Source: Ptychomitrium polyphyllum
Taxonomy: Eukaryota
Assembly (NCBI GenBank): GCA_973851085.1
Contig: OZ316776.1
Coordinates: 8,308,001 to 8,372,000 of the forward strand
Direction: 5' to 3'
DNA: 64,000 nt
Shown: in pieces, positions 1 to 12,913 of the stretch
How the letters are laid out: each line of letters begins with the position of its first letter
How positions within the stretch are numbered: the stretch's first letter is position 1
Made by a program: the position numbers and the translations under genes
The notes under the pieces: generated by a model
Told to the model about the DNA's origin: nothing
Seen by the model: the letters and a program-made list of their open reading frames with translations, nothing else
Databases searched by the model: none

Positions 1-58
1 GTATTTGCATGGCATGGAGCCAACGTAAGGAATTGATGATCTCTTGATAAAATGACAG

Positions 59-312
59 GTCGGGCGGCCATGATCGGATACGCTTCTGGCTGGTTAGTTG
101 ATGCCGCAACTGGCGTTGGTTTGGTTGACCAACAAAATAGCTTTCTAGGGAAGTTGCTGCTCTTCATATCAGTGGTGGGAGTTTTGACGATCAGGAAAAA
201 CAGCGATGTGGATACCATCAGAAATCTTGCTGAGGAATCCACATTCTATGATAAGCAATGGCAAGCAACCTGGAAGGATGCTAAGGATCCAGAGAAACCT
301 GAAGGTTTCTAG
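59..312 (+). CDS. LIL3: Last exon of light-harvesting-like protein 3 (copy 1; 5' part lies upstream of window)
   Basis: cag acceptor at 56-58; exon encodes GRAAMIGY...[16 protein letters not shown]...[12 protein letters not shown], closely matching exon 3 of the complete copy at 2139-2401. Confidence 0.88.
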
Positions 313-1126
313 AAGAAGTTACCCTAATTTTTGCACATATTTTTTGTATGGGATATTAGACTTGTCTGTGCTATCTCTTACTGTCATTAAAAAAAGGTAC
401 ATTCAGGTCCGTTCACGAGCATCGATTTTGAAAGTTTGTTGTCTTGCAATGTTGTCCTACATTCCTGTCCTTACCATGTCACCTTCCACTTTGTCTCGGG
501 ACTTGGATATTTCTCCGTATACACAATTGGCTGACGAAGAAATCTCAACATATGTACCGCATATCTCAGCAACGGTCGTTTCTGTACACTTAGTCTTGCC
601 AGTTGCCCTGTTAACAAGACATTCTTTTCTGTGTTCGTTTCATACTCGAATCAGAAACAAAACCAGAAAACCTTCGCAAAAAACATGCGGATTCTATCAC
701 TTTCCGAGCTGATTCTTGCCGACCAGTCAGAAATCTCATTCCGAGATACTGAACCCTCGGATCTTCTACGATCAGATTCTGAAAACGTGAGATTTGACAA
801 GCACTTGGGATGCAATGCGAAAAGGGTAACCATATTGGACACTGCAAGCTCCCAAGTCCCAACAGTCTGCACTAGCTCTGTAGGTACTCCATCTAGTAGA
901 TATGAGAGTGGATACAAATGACCTCGTTTGTATCTCAACGCCGTCCACCTGGAGAGTCCACAACGAAAGACTGGCAACCTCTTATCCAATACCAGCGATG
1001 CTGCTCATTTGGCAGCAGTTGAGCGCAAGCTTCAACCCTGAGACTTCGGTTCAATTACCGTCTCTCTGTATCTCTCTTCGTTCCTCGATTCAACACACTT
1101 ACCACCCTTTCTCTGCTGTTAACGGC

Positions 1127-2401
1127 ATGGCAGCTATGGCCACAATCATGAAGCCGTTAGCAGGTGCAATTCCGGTGGCGAACGGGGGCTTGCTATCGAC
1201 TAGGACAACAGCAGGGAACTGCAAACAGGGTTGGGTTGCTTCCTCTTGGCGAGGACAATTGAGGTTTGAGGGCGTGAGGTTTGTTGTGAGAGCCGAATCA
1301 GATGAGAGCTTGGTGGGTCAGACGCCTACATCGCCGATAGACCCTGCGATAGGGGAGCCGGGGAACTTGGCTACCGAGGCGAAGAATCCCTCGCTGTTGC
1401 AAAATGGAGGTTCAATGGAGGAATCTGCGATCACCACGCCTTCCTCATCAATGGAGCCTGGAAAAGAAGAGGCCGTTAACCTTAGGGAACCCTCCCCATT
1501 GCAGAAGGGCGGCACACTCGACGGAGATGAAGCTGCTGGTGAGGACCCCGCGGCGACGACTTTGGGGAAGAAAGCTCCGATCGTGTCCAACGGCGCCGGG
1601 AAGTTTGACGATCCTCGGTGGCGAGCTGGAACGTGGGACATTACGAAGTTCACTCGCAATGGCAAGATAGACTGGGATGCGGTCATTGATGCTGGTATGT
1701 CAATCTATCCTTTGTCCAAATTTAGGTGCAACTAAATTCTTCGATGCTCAGTTGCGTTAGGGTTGAAAATTGATCAAGGCCTATCTCGTCTATCTCGCTG
1801 TTAATCTCGATGTAGCATAAGTTGATTGACTTCGAAAAACTTTGTGCATGTTTCAGAGGTCGTGAGACGGAAGTGGCTAGAGGAGAATCCTGAAGCCTCT
1901 AACAACAGCGAACCGGTTGTTTTCGATACCGCGACTGTGCCATGGTGGGCTTGGGTGAAGCGCTTCCATCTCCCAGAAGCTGAGCTTCTCAATGGTTAGT
2001 CCCATCCCATCCCATCACATCACGTCACGTCACATTACGTCATTCTTTATTATTCTCAAACAATTAGGGTCAATGTGATAAATTGCAAGTTTCCCAAGCA
2101 TGCAAAGAAAAGAATGCTCACTCGTTCTCCACTCGCAGGTCGAGCTGCCATGGTCGGCTACGGCGTTGGCTACCTCGTCGACTCCGCCACCGGAGCCGGA
2201 CTTGTTGACCAACAGAGCAGCTTCTTAGGAAAACTTTTGCTCTTCATCACAGTCCTCGGCGTCCTGCTCATCAGGAAAAGTAGCGATGTTGCCAACTTAA
2301 GAACCATCGCCAAGGAGTCCACCTTCTACGACAAGCAATGGAAGGCCACATGGAAAGACGACGACGATTCCGACGACAAGGAGAATCCAAGCAACCTTTG
2401 A
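1127..2401 (+). CDS. LIL3: Light-harvesting-like protein 3 (copy 2); exons 1127-1694, 1857-1994, 2139-2401
   Basis: Transit-peptide-like N-terminus, [32 protein letters not shown] motif EAELLNGRAAMVG; GT-AG introns join in frame. Confidence 0.92.
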
Positions 2402-3176
2402 ACTCAGAGTCCTCTTTTTCCAGATTTGCACATGCATACATACATACATGACCTATGCTGATTTCATGAGCTTATCTTTGCACATGACCAACTCTGGAAT
2501 TAATCGGTTTATGTTCATGGAGTAGAGTTTTGAATTTGTGTGTGAGGCGAAGCTGATCGTATACATAGAGTCCCAGTGGAATTGGTTGATTTGTGGGTTA
2601 AGCTTTCAAGGCAGAGAGAGAAAGAAAGAGTCTGGATTTTGATCTTGTAACGAATATTGTTCATATGATATTTGACTTAATACTGTTTTTCATTATAGAA
2701 AATTAATGCCATTTGTAAATCTTGATTGCAAGCATACTTTGCTACTTTTCTATTAGTTCACTTTGCTACTTCTCATTAAGCCTCTTGCACATAATTACAT
2801 TGTAAGTTCATAAGAACTTTGAGGGTCTTACCAGATTCGGACATGGCTCATTTCAAATTCAACTTAGCTTCTTATTAATGGCAACCTGTACTATGAACGT
2901 TTACATGATTGATGAAATATGTGAAATCCCATGGTCACTGTTTTAAATGCGGAGTCAGGGTAACTCAAGTGTTGGGATTTTGAACTTTAATACAAGCAAT
3001 GTAGACCCAGACCAGCACTTTCAATAGTGCACTTCAACCGCCATGCAGTGTTTGTGCTTAAGGATTTAGAATATGTGTTCATGTCTTAACAGAGATGCCT
3101 GTAAGAAATATCTCGATAATCTAGGTGCTTCGTCGATGCGAACTTGCAAAGACCATTTATTGTATGTCAAAGTTCA

Positions 3177-6100
3177 TCAAAAGATCTGATTCGAAGTAAT
3201 ACCCACAGGAAGTGGAGTAGTTAAATAGCTATCTTCAGCATAATCTGAAAACGGTTTCATCTCGAGCGCTACCTTCGCAACTCTCCCATCTTCATTGATT
3301 TTCTTCACTAAATCTTCTAATGTAGTAAAATTTGCCTGAATCAAGAGAACATGAACCAACCTGAGTAGCGCTCACCACCAGCACAAACAATGCTACACCG
3401 ATATCGATTTCACCTTATAATTAATGAGCTAAATGCAAATTCATGGTTTGAAATGAAGCCCCCCAGCAAGATATCTCAAGTCTAGGATTAAGAAGCAGAA
3501 GGATAACTTACTTCAGGACGAATGTATCCAACAACAATGAGCCGCAGCTCCTCTCCATAGAAGTCCTCTGAAAACTCATGAAGAATCCAAGGCTCCTGTA
3601 CGTTGCAAATATTATTAAAAAGGTTCATTAGCTACCAGGAGCATGCATTCTACCGAAAACGGATACTTAAAACCGAAAAGTATTGAGAAGCACTAGATAA
3701 ACAGTACTCACCACTGTCTTCTGACTGTTGTCGAAATAGGGGTTCCATCCAACACTCATGACCATCTTGTAAACACCTCGATTGGACAGCCCAGCCCAGC
3801 CAACATAGATTCCACAAACGTGGTCTGCCAACTGGCTTGAAAAAGCACTAGTTGGTAGATTAGCTGCACAAATAAATATTTTTATAAACCTAATGTTCAA
3901 TAGTATAGCTCTAGTCACTCGTACTTTGTCAAGTTTCCAAATAGTACAACCGTAAGGTTAGAGGCACCCATTTCCAACACTTGAAATTCAGGATCCCTTT
4001 GTAACCCATCTGGAAGCCCATACTCCAATGCGCTTCACATAAATGCCACACATAGACAGTTCTGGTTAAGGTTCCTATTGATTTTGGGTGCCTCTACCTT
4101 GTAATCCAAATCATCCTCGCACTTGCGTATTATAAGATAGAGTATTCAACTGGATTTAACCACCTTCATGTAACCAACAGTCGAAACTGAAACATTAAAA
4201 GGAAGTATATGGTAGAAATAACATAAGAGACATACCAGTAGGAATTCCAAGCATTTTTGAGCCACGACCAAAACCTTTGACAACTGGCCCGCCCATGTAC
4301 CACGGCTCCACAGGCAGTACGCCACCAATTCCTGGATCCGGAGCCGCAAATGCTCAAGTCTCGGCAGATATAAAACTAAAAATTTGTTTACAAGGAACAA
4401 AATGCAACTTTTAACGAATTTTGTGGAATCAGGGAATTACGATCATTAAGAGGAGGCAAGCCCCAGACTTCAGGCTGGAAATCCAGAAGAGAAGATAATA
4501 TCACGTCAGCTGAAGTGTACAAGGGACGGGCATCCTTGGTCGGCATTGAAGGAACAGCCACTACTTGCATTCCTGCAGCCTTGCCTGCCAACACACCAGC
4601 CCTAAGTACCCACACTATTTTGGTCAGATGGATGCAAGGGTGAAAAGTACGCCTTCAAACCTGTATTTTCAACCAGAATTGTCTGATGAAATCAAGCTGA
4701 ACAATCAAGGAAAAAGAATGACAAGCTTCAACAATTCATAGAAATGCTAATGCGGAAACTAGATCCCACCATAAGAATTGATACTCTCAAGAAACAAGAT
4801 ACGAAGTCATGTATTTTAAGAAAATTTAAAAACCAGCACAAGAAATCGAGCTTACGGAGCATCTTCAATTACAAGACACTTGCTTGGCTCTGCATTGAGT
4901 AACTTTGCCGCTTCTAGATATCTACAGACATCAGAACTCGCGCTTAGCATTAGGTTTGTGGTTGAGCATTCCACTAAAGTAGTGTTAACTAGTATCAACC
5001 AAATGTATCAAACTCAAAGCAAGAAGAAAACTGAAAAGAAGCATTATCAGAACCTCACATATCAGGTGCAGGTTTCCCATTCTTGACCATATCCCCAGCA
5101 ACGACCACTGGAAAATATTCCGTCCAGCCTGAAAAAATTTCAAACCTCTTTAGTTAATACTCCTGACATACCATGCAAACTTCCAGAAATTGGCAACAAT
5201 CTACTAGATCCGGTGTTTCAATCAGTAGCAGTAACATTTGCCTCTTTGGATTGTGAAAGAATAAGACAACAGCAGCATACAGCTCAGAAGTTGAAAGCTT
5301 AATAAAAAAGCTGAAAGAAGACCAGAACTAGACCTGATTGATAGGAGAGCTTTATTTTGATATTTCTTTGAGGAGAGCTCGAAGCAATGGCTATAGGAAC
5401 ATGGTGGCTGTGCAAATGTTGCACTAATCGAACGGACCCTGGCAAAGGCCTCGCCGATTGCCACCTACAGATTAGCAAAAGTATTAGGTCACACTTCCTA
5501 TAGATACCAACTTTGCACAATCAAATGTTTACTTGAACTCCAGTTGGAAGATAAGTTAGTAATATAGAATCTATGCGTTTATGGGCCAAAACACACCTCT
5601 CTTGAAGCAAGGCTAGAACCTCATTGTTGAAATCGAAAGGAGTACAAGGCAAATCGTAATCCTCGATGACAGACGCAGCCGCCTCTAGAGGCCGTTTACC
5701 CAATCGTTTCTGAGCGCCTCTTCCATCCCAATGCTTTCCATAGCGGGTAATTACTATCTCCATCGACGCATCCACCAGCGATTCTGCTGTCACAGAAAAT
5801 ATCAAACCCCTAAAACTGAATAAAAAAGCAAAAAATTTATAAGATTGCGCTAACCGTCTTCCAGTATAATTTGACAATCAACAAAGTAAAAGAAATAAAG
5901 TCCTCAAGCACCAAGACCCAATTCACATTCAGTATGACAAGGTAAAGCAACGGGAAAAGAAAATGACAAAAGCAACTCACTACCAATGCAAACTGTCTCT
6001 AATACAACATCACGATCCACATCAAACTCAAAACTTTACAACTGCTGTATCATATTCAACCATACAACACCGAACAGAAAGAAAACTCGAAACTACCAAA

Positions 6101-6411
6101 CACACAAAACCCCGTTTTTCAACTCCACCGTGAAATTCTGCCAACAGTCTAAGAAGCTGGGAACAAGACACCAAACTGAGCTGATTCTTCACGATATCAT
6201 GTCTAGGAAAATTCCACTAACAAAGCCCGAAACTTGAGCACATGCAACGTTCACAAAAACACTGGTACCAAAACAAACGAAGGAATGAGTGAGATCTAGA
6301 GTCCAGTTGACCTGTATCAAGGAGAGTCCCATCCAGGTCGAAGAGGATGTACTCAACATGGGCAACCTTCCCAGCAAGCTGCTCCTCCAAACTGTCCCCT
6401 GCCATGACCAC
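3177..6411 (-). CDS. Bifunctional FMN hydrolase (HAD) / riboflavin kinase, 10 exons
   Basis: HAD motif FDLDGTLLDT, GKPAPD, CLVIEDA; RFK motifs KGFGRGSKMLGIPTANL, SVGWNPYF, EDFYGEEL, GYIRPEANF; consistent splice phases; start could be 6411 or 6405. Confidence 0.93.
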
Positions 6412-6579
6412 CCCTTAGAGAGCAGCAACGACAGACTCTATACTGTGTGGGTGAATGCAGCCTCCGGCCGCGAGATTGTTGAAGAGAAAGCTTGAGCCCT
6501 GAGAGGGCGCAAGCAAGCAATCCCCTTCTAACCTTCCATGACCCTGCTGCTTGCTGCTTGCTGCTGATGTCACGCGTAC

Positions 6580-6763
6580 GGCGACGGGGTCATGGCGATG
6601 GGGTTATGGCGATGGGGTTATGGCGATGGAATCATGGTGATGGGGTCATGGTGATGGGGTCACGGTGATGGGGTCACGGTGATGGGGTCACGGTGATGGG
6701 GTCATGGTGATGGGGTCATGGTGATGGGGTCACTAGCGATTGGGTCATAGCGACGAGGTCATG
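6580..6763. repeat. G-rich minisatellite, ~13 copies of a 14-bp unit (consensus GGTGATGGGGTCAT)
   Basis: Directly visible tandem array, degenerate at both ends. Confidence 0.95.
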
Positions 6764-8866
6764 CCCCTGTGTGCCTTGGTTACTTTTGTGTAGAGAATAA
6801 TGACGAAAATCTGAAAGAAAAAGAAAAATGGAAAAATGGGTCACAACATGCATGCCCTACGGTGCACTGCCTCTAGATCCCAGATTATAATAATCACTCA
6901 TTTTGAAAATGTAGGACACTATGGAGTGATCCAAATAAGAGCTTCAAGTGTGCCTACATTGGACACTACAATATGGAGGATGTTAGTTTCTGACGCCAAG
7001 AAGAGTGTCCTACACTAAATTTGAAATTTAGAATCCAAATTCATTAAAATATTTGTTAAACAAGATTACATTTTTAAGTCTTTTTTATGATTTTAATCTA
7101 TATATAGAATAAATAAATAGAAACTTAATTAATAGGCGAGAATTGTAGAAAATTAATTCTAAAATCATTAATTTTTAAATGACTATTATTAAAAAAATTC
7201 TTGATTTGAAGACTATTTTGATAATACAAAAAGTGACTTACATACTTTTATCTAAGAAATCATTACTCTAATACAAGTGAAACAATTAAATTACATGACC
7301 ATAAATTTTAATCAATGAAGCAAAGAACAAAGTTAAAGTTAAAGCAAATTTTGATTTTTATCATAAATATCTTCATAACAAGATTAGGTATTTATCTCCT
7401 ACAAACCAATAATAAATCTATTTATTTTCTATTTCTTGGGGTATTTGAACAAAAATCAACCATAATTAATTTTTGGTATGTTGGTGAAATCATTTATAGT
7501 AGTGGCATAACATTCTTTTAATACTTGGAATACATCTCCCTCATTTCGAAAATGAGATAACGATGGCGAGGACATGTGATAGCAGATGTATAAAGGCATA
7601 ACTAAATCTCATTTGATGACTTAATTTTTCAACTCCCTCAAATTTCAAATGAACAAGGGTTTGACACGAGGATCCCTTGGGAGATATAGTTCTGCTTTGG
7701 TGGAGTCTTCGCTGGAGAATGCCAGATACAGTGCTATGGTATATCCTATTTGAAGTTTCCAAGTCCTTGCCACGTCACGCATCCTCGAGAGAACAATCTC
7801 ATTGTATTTCCTAGAAGGTTCCAACCCCAGAATCTCAGACCCTTCGATTCAACAACTGTCGTCCATAGCTGCTAATATTAGCATAGAAATCGTAGACTTG
7901 TATGCCACTCATCAAACAATTCCTACCGTAGACTCACATGAAACATCCAGGGTGGTACAACACAAGTCTACAGGATGTGCATAAAGTGACTAAGTTATTG
8001 TACATGATGTGGCAGGGATGTGGCACATAATCAGTGCTCAGGTCCGACACTACTGTTCACGGAAATGCTACTAAAGAAGCTACCAGTGAAAGATGAACAG
8101 AACGCTGGCAACGTGTGACCAACCAAATCTAGTGAACGAAGAGAAATGCATGATCGAAGAGTGTACCTAAGCTTGCGAAGTTCTTGTTTCTGGCAGGTAC
8201 ATTTAGGAACGTGAATCAAGGTTCCTTCCAGAACCTCATGTTGGAAGCGGTGTGAACAGGCTCTCGGACACGCTCTCCAAGTTTGGGGACGAAATTGTTT
8301 CCATGAAAGCCCTCATTGGCCCTACAACTAGGCCATTTCATCCAGCTTCGAAGCACGAAGAATTCTGAACACATCTTTTTTGACTAAAGGGATTCCAATG
8401 CGTCTGCAGTCCAAGTTTAGCATACATCTCCTGATCATAAAGGAGAAGAAACAAAACATTCTGCTGAATGTTGCTTTCAAGATGTGCCAACCTGCCAAGG
8501 ATTAGGACTGTATGTCAATGAGAAATTCCTGACAAAATCCAATCCAGCCATGTTTGGCTGATGCTTTCCTCAGAATCAGCTAAAAAATACCGTGTTGGTT
8601 GCGGCGATCTCACACTCAAGTGCATGGCTGCTTCTTGAAATCATCGATTTAAGGCGATGTTGTAATCGTTGAGGCCGAGGTTTAGGGCTAGCCCCTGACG
8701 CAGGCAAAAGTCCATGCTCCATGGCGTGACGAATATCGATCGCGAGATAAGTTAGAGCATGTCGAAAACAATTGGATACAACCCGAATTTGCGCCTTAAC
8801 TCTAGGTGGAACAATGAATTTGAATAACTAGCCGCTCGTTACAAAAAGCGGTAAATCATCTACGTG

Positions 8867-8992
8867 CTGTCTAATGCCGTTACAACAAGGCGTTGGAACA
8901 TGGCGATGCACTGGCTATGATTACATACTCCTGTCTAATTGCGGGTTGCAACAAGGCGTTGTAACCGGGCAATGCACTAACTATGCATACAT
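8867..8992. repeat. Degenerate tandem duplication of ~63 bp downstream of the APS kinase gene
   Basis: ctgtctaat...acaaggcgttg...atgcact..ctatg..tacat occurs twice (starts 8867 and 8931). Confidence 0.7.
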
Positions 8993-9174
8993 GTTTCTGT
9001 GAAATATAAGAAGGCCATCGATTACTAGTAATTCTTCGTTGAAGCGAGAGAGCTCACTTGACAACGCCTTCTGCGAGCACAGCGTTGCTGCTTCAACAAT
9101 GGGCCAGCATTCACCGAAGTAGCTACTTGGGAAGCTCCCGACGAAGGGCTTTGAATGAATCTTCATTACCTGTT

Positions 9175-9825
9175 TCAGAAGCAAGGCCCGCTGAGCAATC
9201 CATTGACAACCAAATGGTTGATCACAGTCTCCGCCATGCAATTCGGTGTAACAAGCTCCCCTGCTGTGTTCGTAGCCTCCAAGGTAACCTCGGGCTTCTC
9301 CGAAACTTCATATGGGTCATCAATCCCCGTAAATCCCTTGATCACTCCCGCACGAGCCAACTTGTACAGTCCCTTGCAATCCCGCTTCTCGCAAATCGAG
9401 AGCGGCACCTTCATGTACACCTCGACAAATTCCCCCTTGCTTATCAACCCGCGCACGAATTCCCTGTTCCGCCTGTACGGCGAGATGCAGCTCACGAGCG
9501 TCACGAGCCCCGCATCCGCCATCAGTTTCGCCACCTCCCCGACGCGCCTGATATTCTCCTCCCTGTCCTCTACCGAAAACCCCAAATCCTTGCACAATCC
9601 GTGCCGCACGTTGTCTCCGTCCAACACATAGCAGAGCTTCCCCATGCGCGCAAGTGCATGATCAACAGCGCACGCCACCGTCGACTTCCCACTCCCGCTC
9701 AGACCCGTGATCCACACCACGCACCCCTTCTGGTTGAGCAAATTCTGTCGCTCCTTCCGCTCCACACCCCCATGGTGCCACCGGATGTTCGTGCACGCCG
9801 GCGCCATCCCCGTCACCAAAGTCAT
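9175..9825 (-). CDS. APK: Adenylyl-sulfate (APS) kinase, intronless, no obvious transit peptide
   Basis: NIRWH, WITGLSGSGKST P-loop, LDGDNVRHGL, ENIRRVGEVAKL, KGLYKLARAG, FTGIDDPYE. Confidence 0.96.
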   Translation of the reverse strand: MTLVTGMAPACTNIRWHHGGVERKERQNLLNQKGCVVWITGLSGSGKSTVACAVDHALARMGKLCYVLDGDNVRHGLCKDLGFSVEDREENIRRVGEVAKLMADAGLVTLVSCISPYRRNREFVRGLISKGEFVEVYMKVPLSICEKRDCKGLYKLARAGVIKGFTGIDDPYEVSEKPEVTLEATNTAGELVTPNCMAETVINHLVVNGLLSGPCF

Positions 9826-12800
9826 TGGTTGATGTGCCCTCTGCCACCGTCACTTCCACGCTCTCACACCACCACCACAACACCACCACAACACCACCAT
9901 ATTCAACAACCACTGAACAAAAACTCCCACCTTTAATCCAGACACCAAGCATCTAAGAAAATCTACACATCCACCGACTCTACTAGCGTTGCAGGATAGG
10001 CCTTATAGGTGTGACCGCGAGGGCGACAAGTCAGGTATGCGCCGAAAGGGCGCCAACATTCCCGACCTTTTCCGGGCTCCTTCTCCAACATCGCAGATTG
10101 CACCAACTTGTATTGTCGCAACGATTGACTCATGCAACGATCACCAATGATAAGCCTGGGCAGAAGGAGGTCAGTGCAGTGTAAGGATGCATACCTCAAA
10201 CCAACAATATCTATTTCCTCCGTACATGATTAATCGAGAAATGTAAAGAGAACGTCAGATGTTGGTCTAGTGACGATCCGTCTCCGCTCACAAATCTGAC
10301 TTTATCTACGCATTTCATAGAGTTCCTAAAGTGAAACTTAAGCTGCAGGTAGAGAAGATGTTGGTTTTGGGTTGCATTCCGCACAAGAAAGTACCTGTAA
10401 GGCAATAGAATTCAGTATGTCAGATGTAGCCCGCTTGCAGAAGAATCTAATTTTGGGTGATAGCCTCCTAGGCACGGTGGTGGGATAGGGCGCCAGATCG
10501 GCACAACCGACTTGCGTGGCAGCTATGTCAGAGGGACGTGGCCGCCATGTGAGGCCGAGGGTTGGTGGTCGTGGTGCCGTGAGTAGCCTGGAGAGGTGAA
10601 GTGGGAATTACCGTTGCTGCATGTTTGCAACAAGCGGCATTAAAATAGACCCCTAAAACCCGCTGGGGGTGCCATTCCCGTGCACTCTGTCTACTGCACA
10701 GTCATTGCTTTCGTGACATGTTAGCGTTTACTTCGGTTGCAGCAGTCTAAATTTTGGGAATGGGGCTGTGCACGGCAATGGGTCCTCGCTAATTTCACGG
10801 GTTTGGAGTTTCAGCATGTTTCTTTACTGCCCTGGCCCAATCTCCAGCAAGGGGCTTCTGGCTGTTCATGCTCACGCTATGAAAAAGCAATATGAACCAT
10901 TAGAAAGTCTTGAAAGTAAATTTAAAAGTAAAAGTAGTTTTGAAACTATCGGAAAGCAATATGAACCATTAGAAAATGGATAATTTTATGATATTTGAGC
11001 AAGTCTTGCCAAAAATTTCAAAGAACTTGAACATTCATTTACAATTCTTTTTAAAAAAAATTTAAATTTTTCAAATTGAATTGAGTAGTGTTTGAGTTTA
11101 TTACACTGTATGCTACTAAAGAGCACCACATTGTATATTGACGTTTTTCCCCGTAAAAATTCCAATATTTAGTGTGAATCAGAAAAAATTGTTTTACTGT
11201 GATAATGTTCTATGCTGGAAGTGTGTTTTAATGTCAATTATATTGAAAGGTTTATTCAGGACTATAAATTTATACGCAAAATTAATTCTGTTAACAAAAA
11301 AACTCAATTCTATACATGTCAGAGGTTTTATGTTGAATAATTGGTGAAAAGAAAAGGTTAGAACATTTTGATATAAATTAACATAGTTGATAATAGACCA
11401 TATTCTTAATGTATATAAAACCATAAAATTACTGTAGACCCCAATTGCTAGAAAACTTTACTTAATTGCAACAAAATTTGCATATTGTATAAAAATTTGA
11501 AGTTTTTCTATAAAAAGTTTTTCAAATTTAAGATACAATAATCCAAGATAGTGATGTTGCATAGTAATTATAGACAATAATTACAATAAAATTTAGGTAG
11601 CCTTCTTCTTGTAGCATATTCACTTTAAGAAAATCAGATGATTAAAATAGACTTATCAATGAAAAGTTTAGTGCATTTTCATTGAAAAATGTGAAAGCTC
11701 ATTTCCTTATAGAATTTTGTACAATTGATCTATGAAAAATTATAATTTACATATTGAAAAAAAATTATGAAATACTCTTCAAGTTTTTATAATTGCATGC
11801 TGAAACAACATTGGTGTTTCTTAAATAAAAAAATAATTTACGAATATATATACATATATTTATATTTCTATATAATAATATTTATGAATATATTAATTTT
11901 ATATTAATTGAAATAATACAAATTAATTTTATGCAAGAGGAGATGAAAATTAATTATTGTACATTATTGAGTCTTTAAAAAATGATAATCATATTGATGA
12001 TATGTATTAATAAAATGTAAGTACAATTTGAAAATGTTTTAAATCAAAAATTTTAATTATGGTCTCTTTGCATTTTTTTGAATAGACAAATTTATTGGAA
12101 ATACCAATATTATATAAATCAGGTGACAAATGAAAAATTATCATTTATCCTTTAAAATCAGAAATTCTAATACTTGATTAGAATAAATTCTTATATAAAT
12201 TCAATTTGAATTATATGAATATATATTTTATTCATAAAAAAGACACTTGCAAACTTTTAAATTTTATTTTATTATTAAAAATGAGTTTTTTAGAATTTTG
12301 AAATTTTATTTAATTTCCCATATAGAAATTATACTTTGTTGATAAAAGCATCATATTCAAATATACATGAGTTTATTACAAGTGTAAATAAATACACCAA
12401 TTGATAAAATTGTTATATTTGATGATTCTTGGATTATATGAAATCTATTCAAATTTGAAAAATCTTCAAAGCTTCATTTCAATGAACATTTGTACTGTAT
12501 GGATATAATTGTAGGATCAACTAGTGGAGCCATTAAATTTTGTGCAATCTGTTCATAGATTATGTTCTAGATAATCATTTGAAGTCTTCTAGTTTGTTTT
12601 TTTGCCCTCTAAATTCTAAGAGTTACACAATTTTTTACAAATGATACAAAGACAAATACAAAAAATGGCTTATTTGGTAATTATTAAAAAAAATTAAACC
12701 AGTTCAATTTATTTATGGAAAATAAGCTTGGTTAATGACGTACAAGTAAAATTTTAATTAACTACTTTTTACCAAGATGATCTTTTTAATCCTATAAATT

Positions 12801-12913
12801 TTTTTTTGTAGATGGTTCTTATGAAAATTTACCTTTAACAACATACATATAATTTATATGGTTAATTCACAAATTTAAATTCAATTGAAAGTTAACTCTA
12901 ATTTCACATTTAT

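Noticed and set aside
6580..6763. Possible CRISPR-like array
   Set aside because: Units are contiguous with no unique spacers, and the context is eukaryotic with no cas genes
9058..9936. 292-aa plus-strand ORF
   Set aside because: Antisense shadow of the GC-rich APS kinase CDS; no recognisable motifs
11000..12900. Short ORFs in AT-rich DNA (also ~24000-25000, 49600-50400, 60400-61900)
   Set aside because: Low-complexity translations; probably decayed repeats, but no transposase motif could be supported
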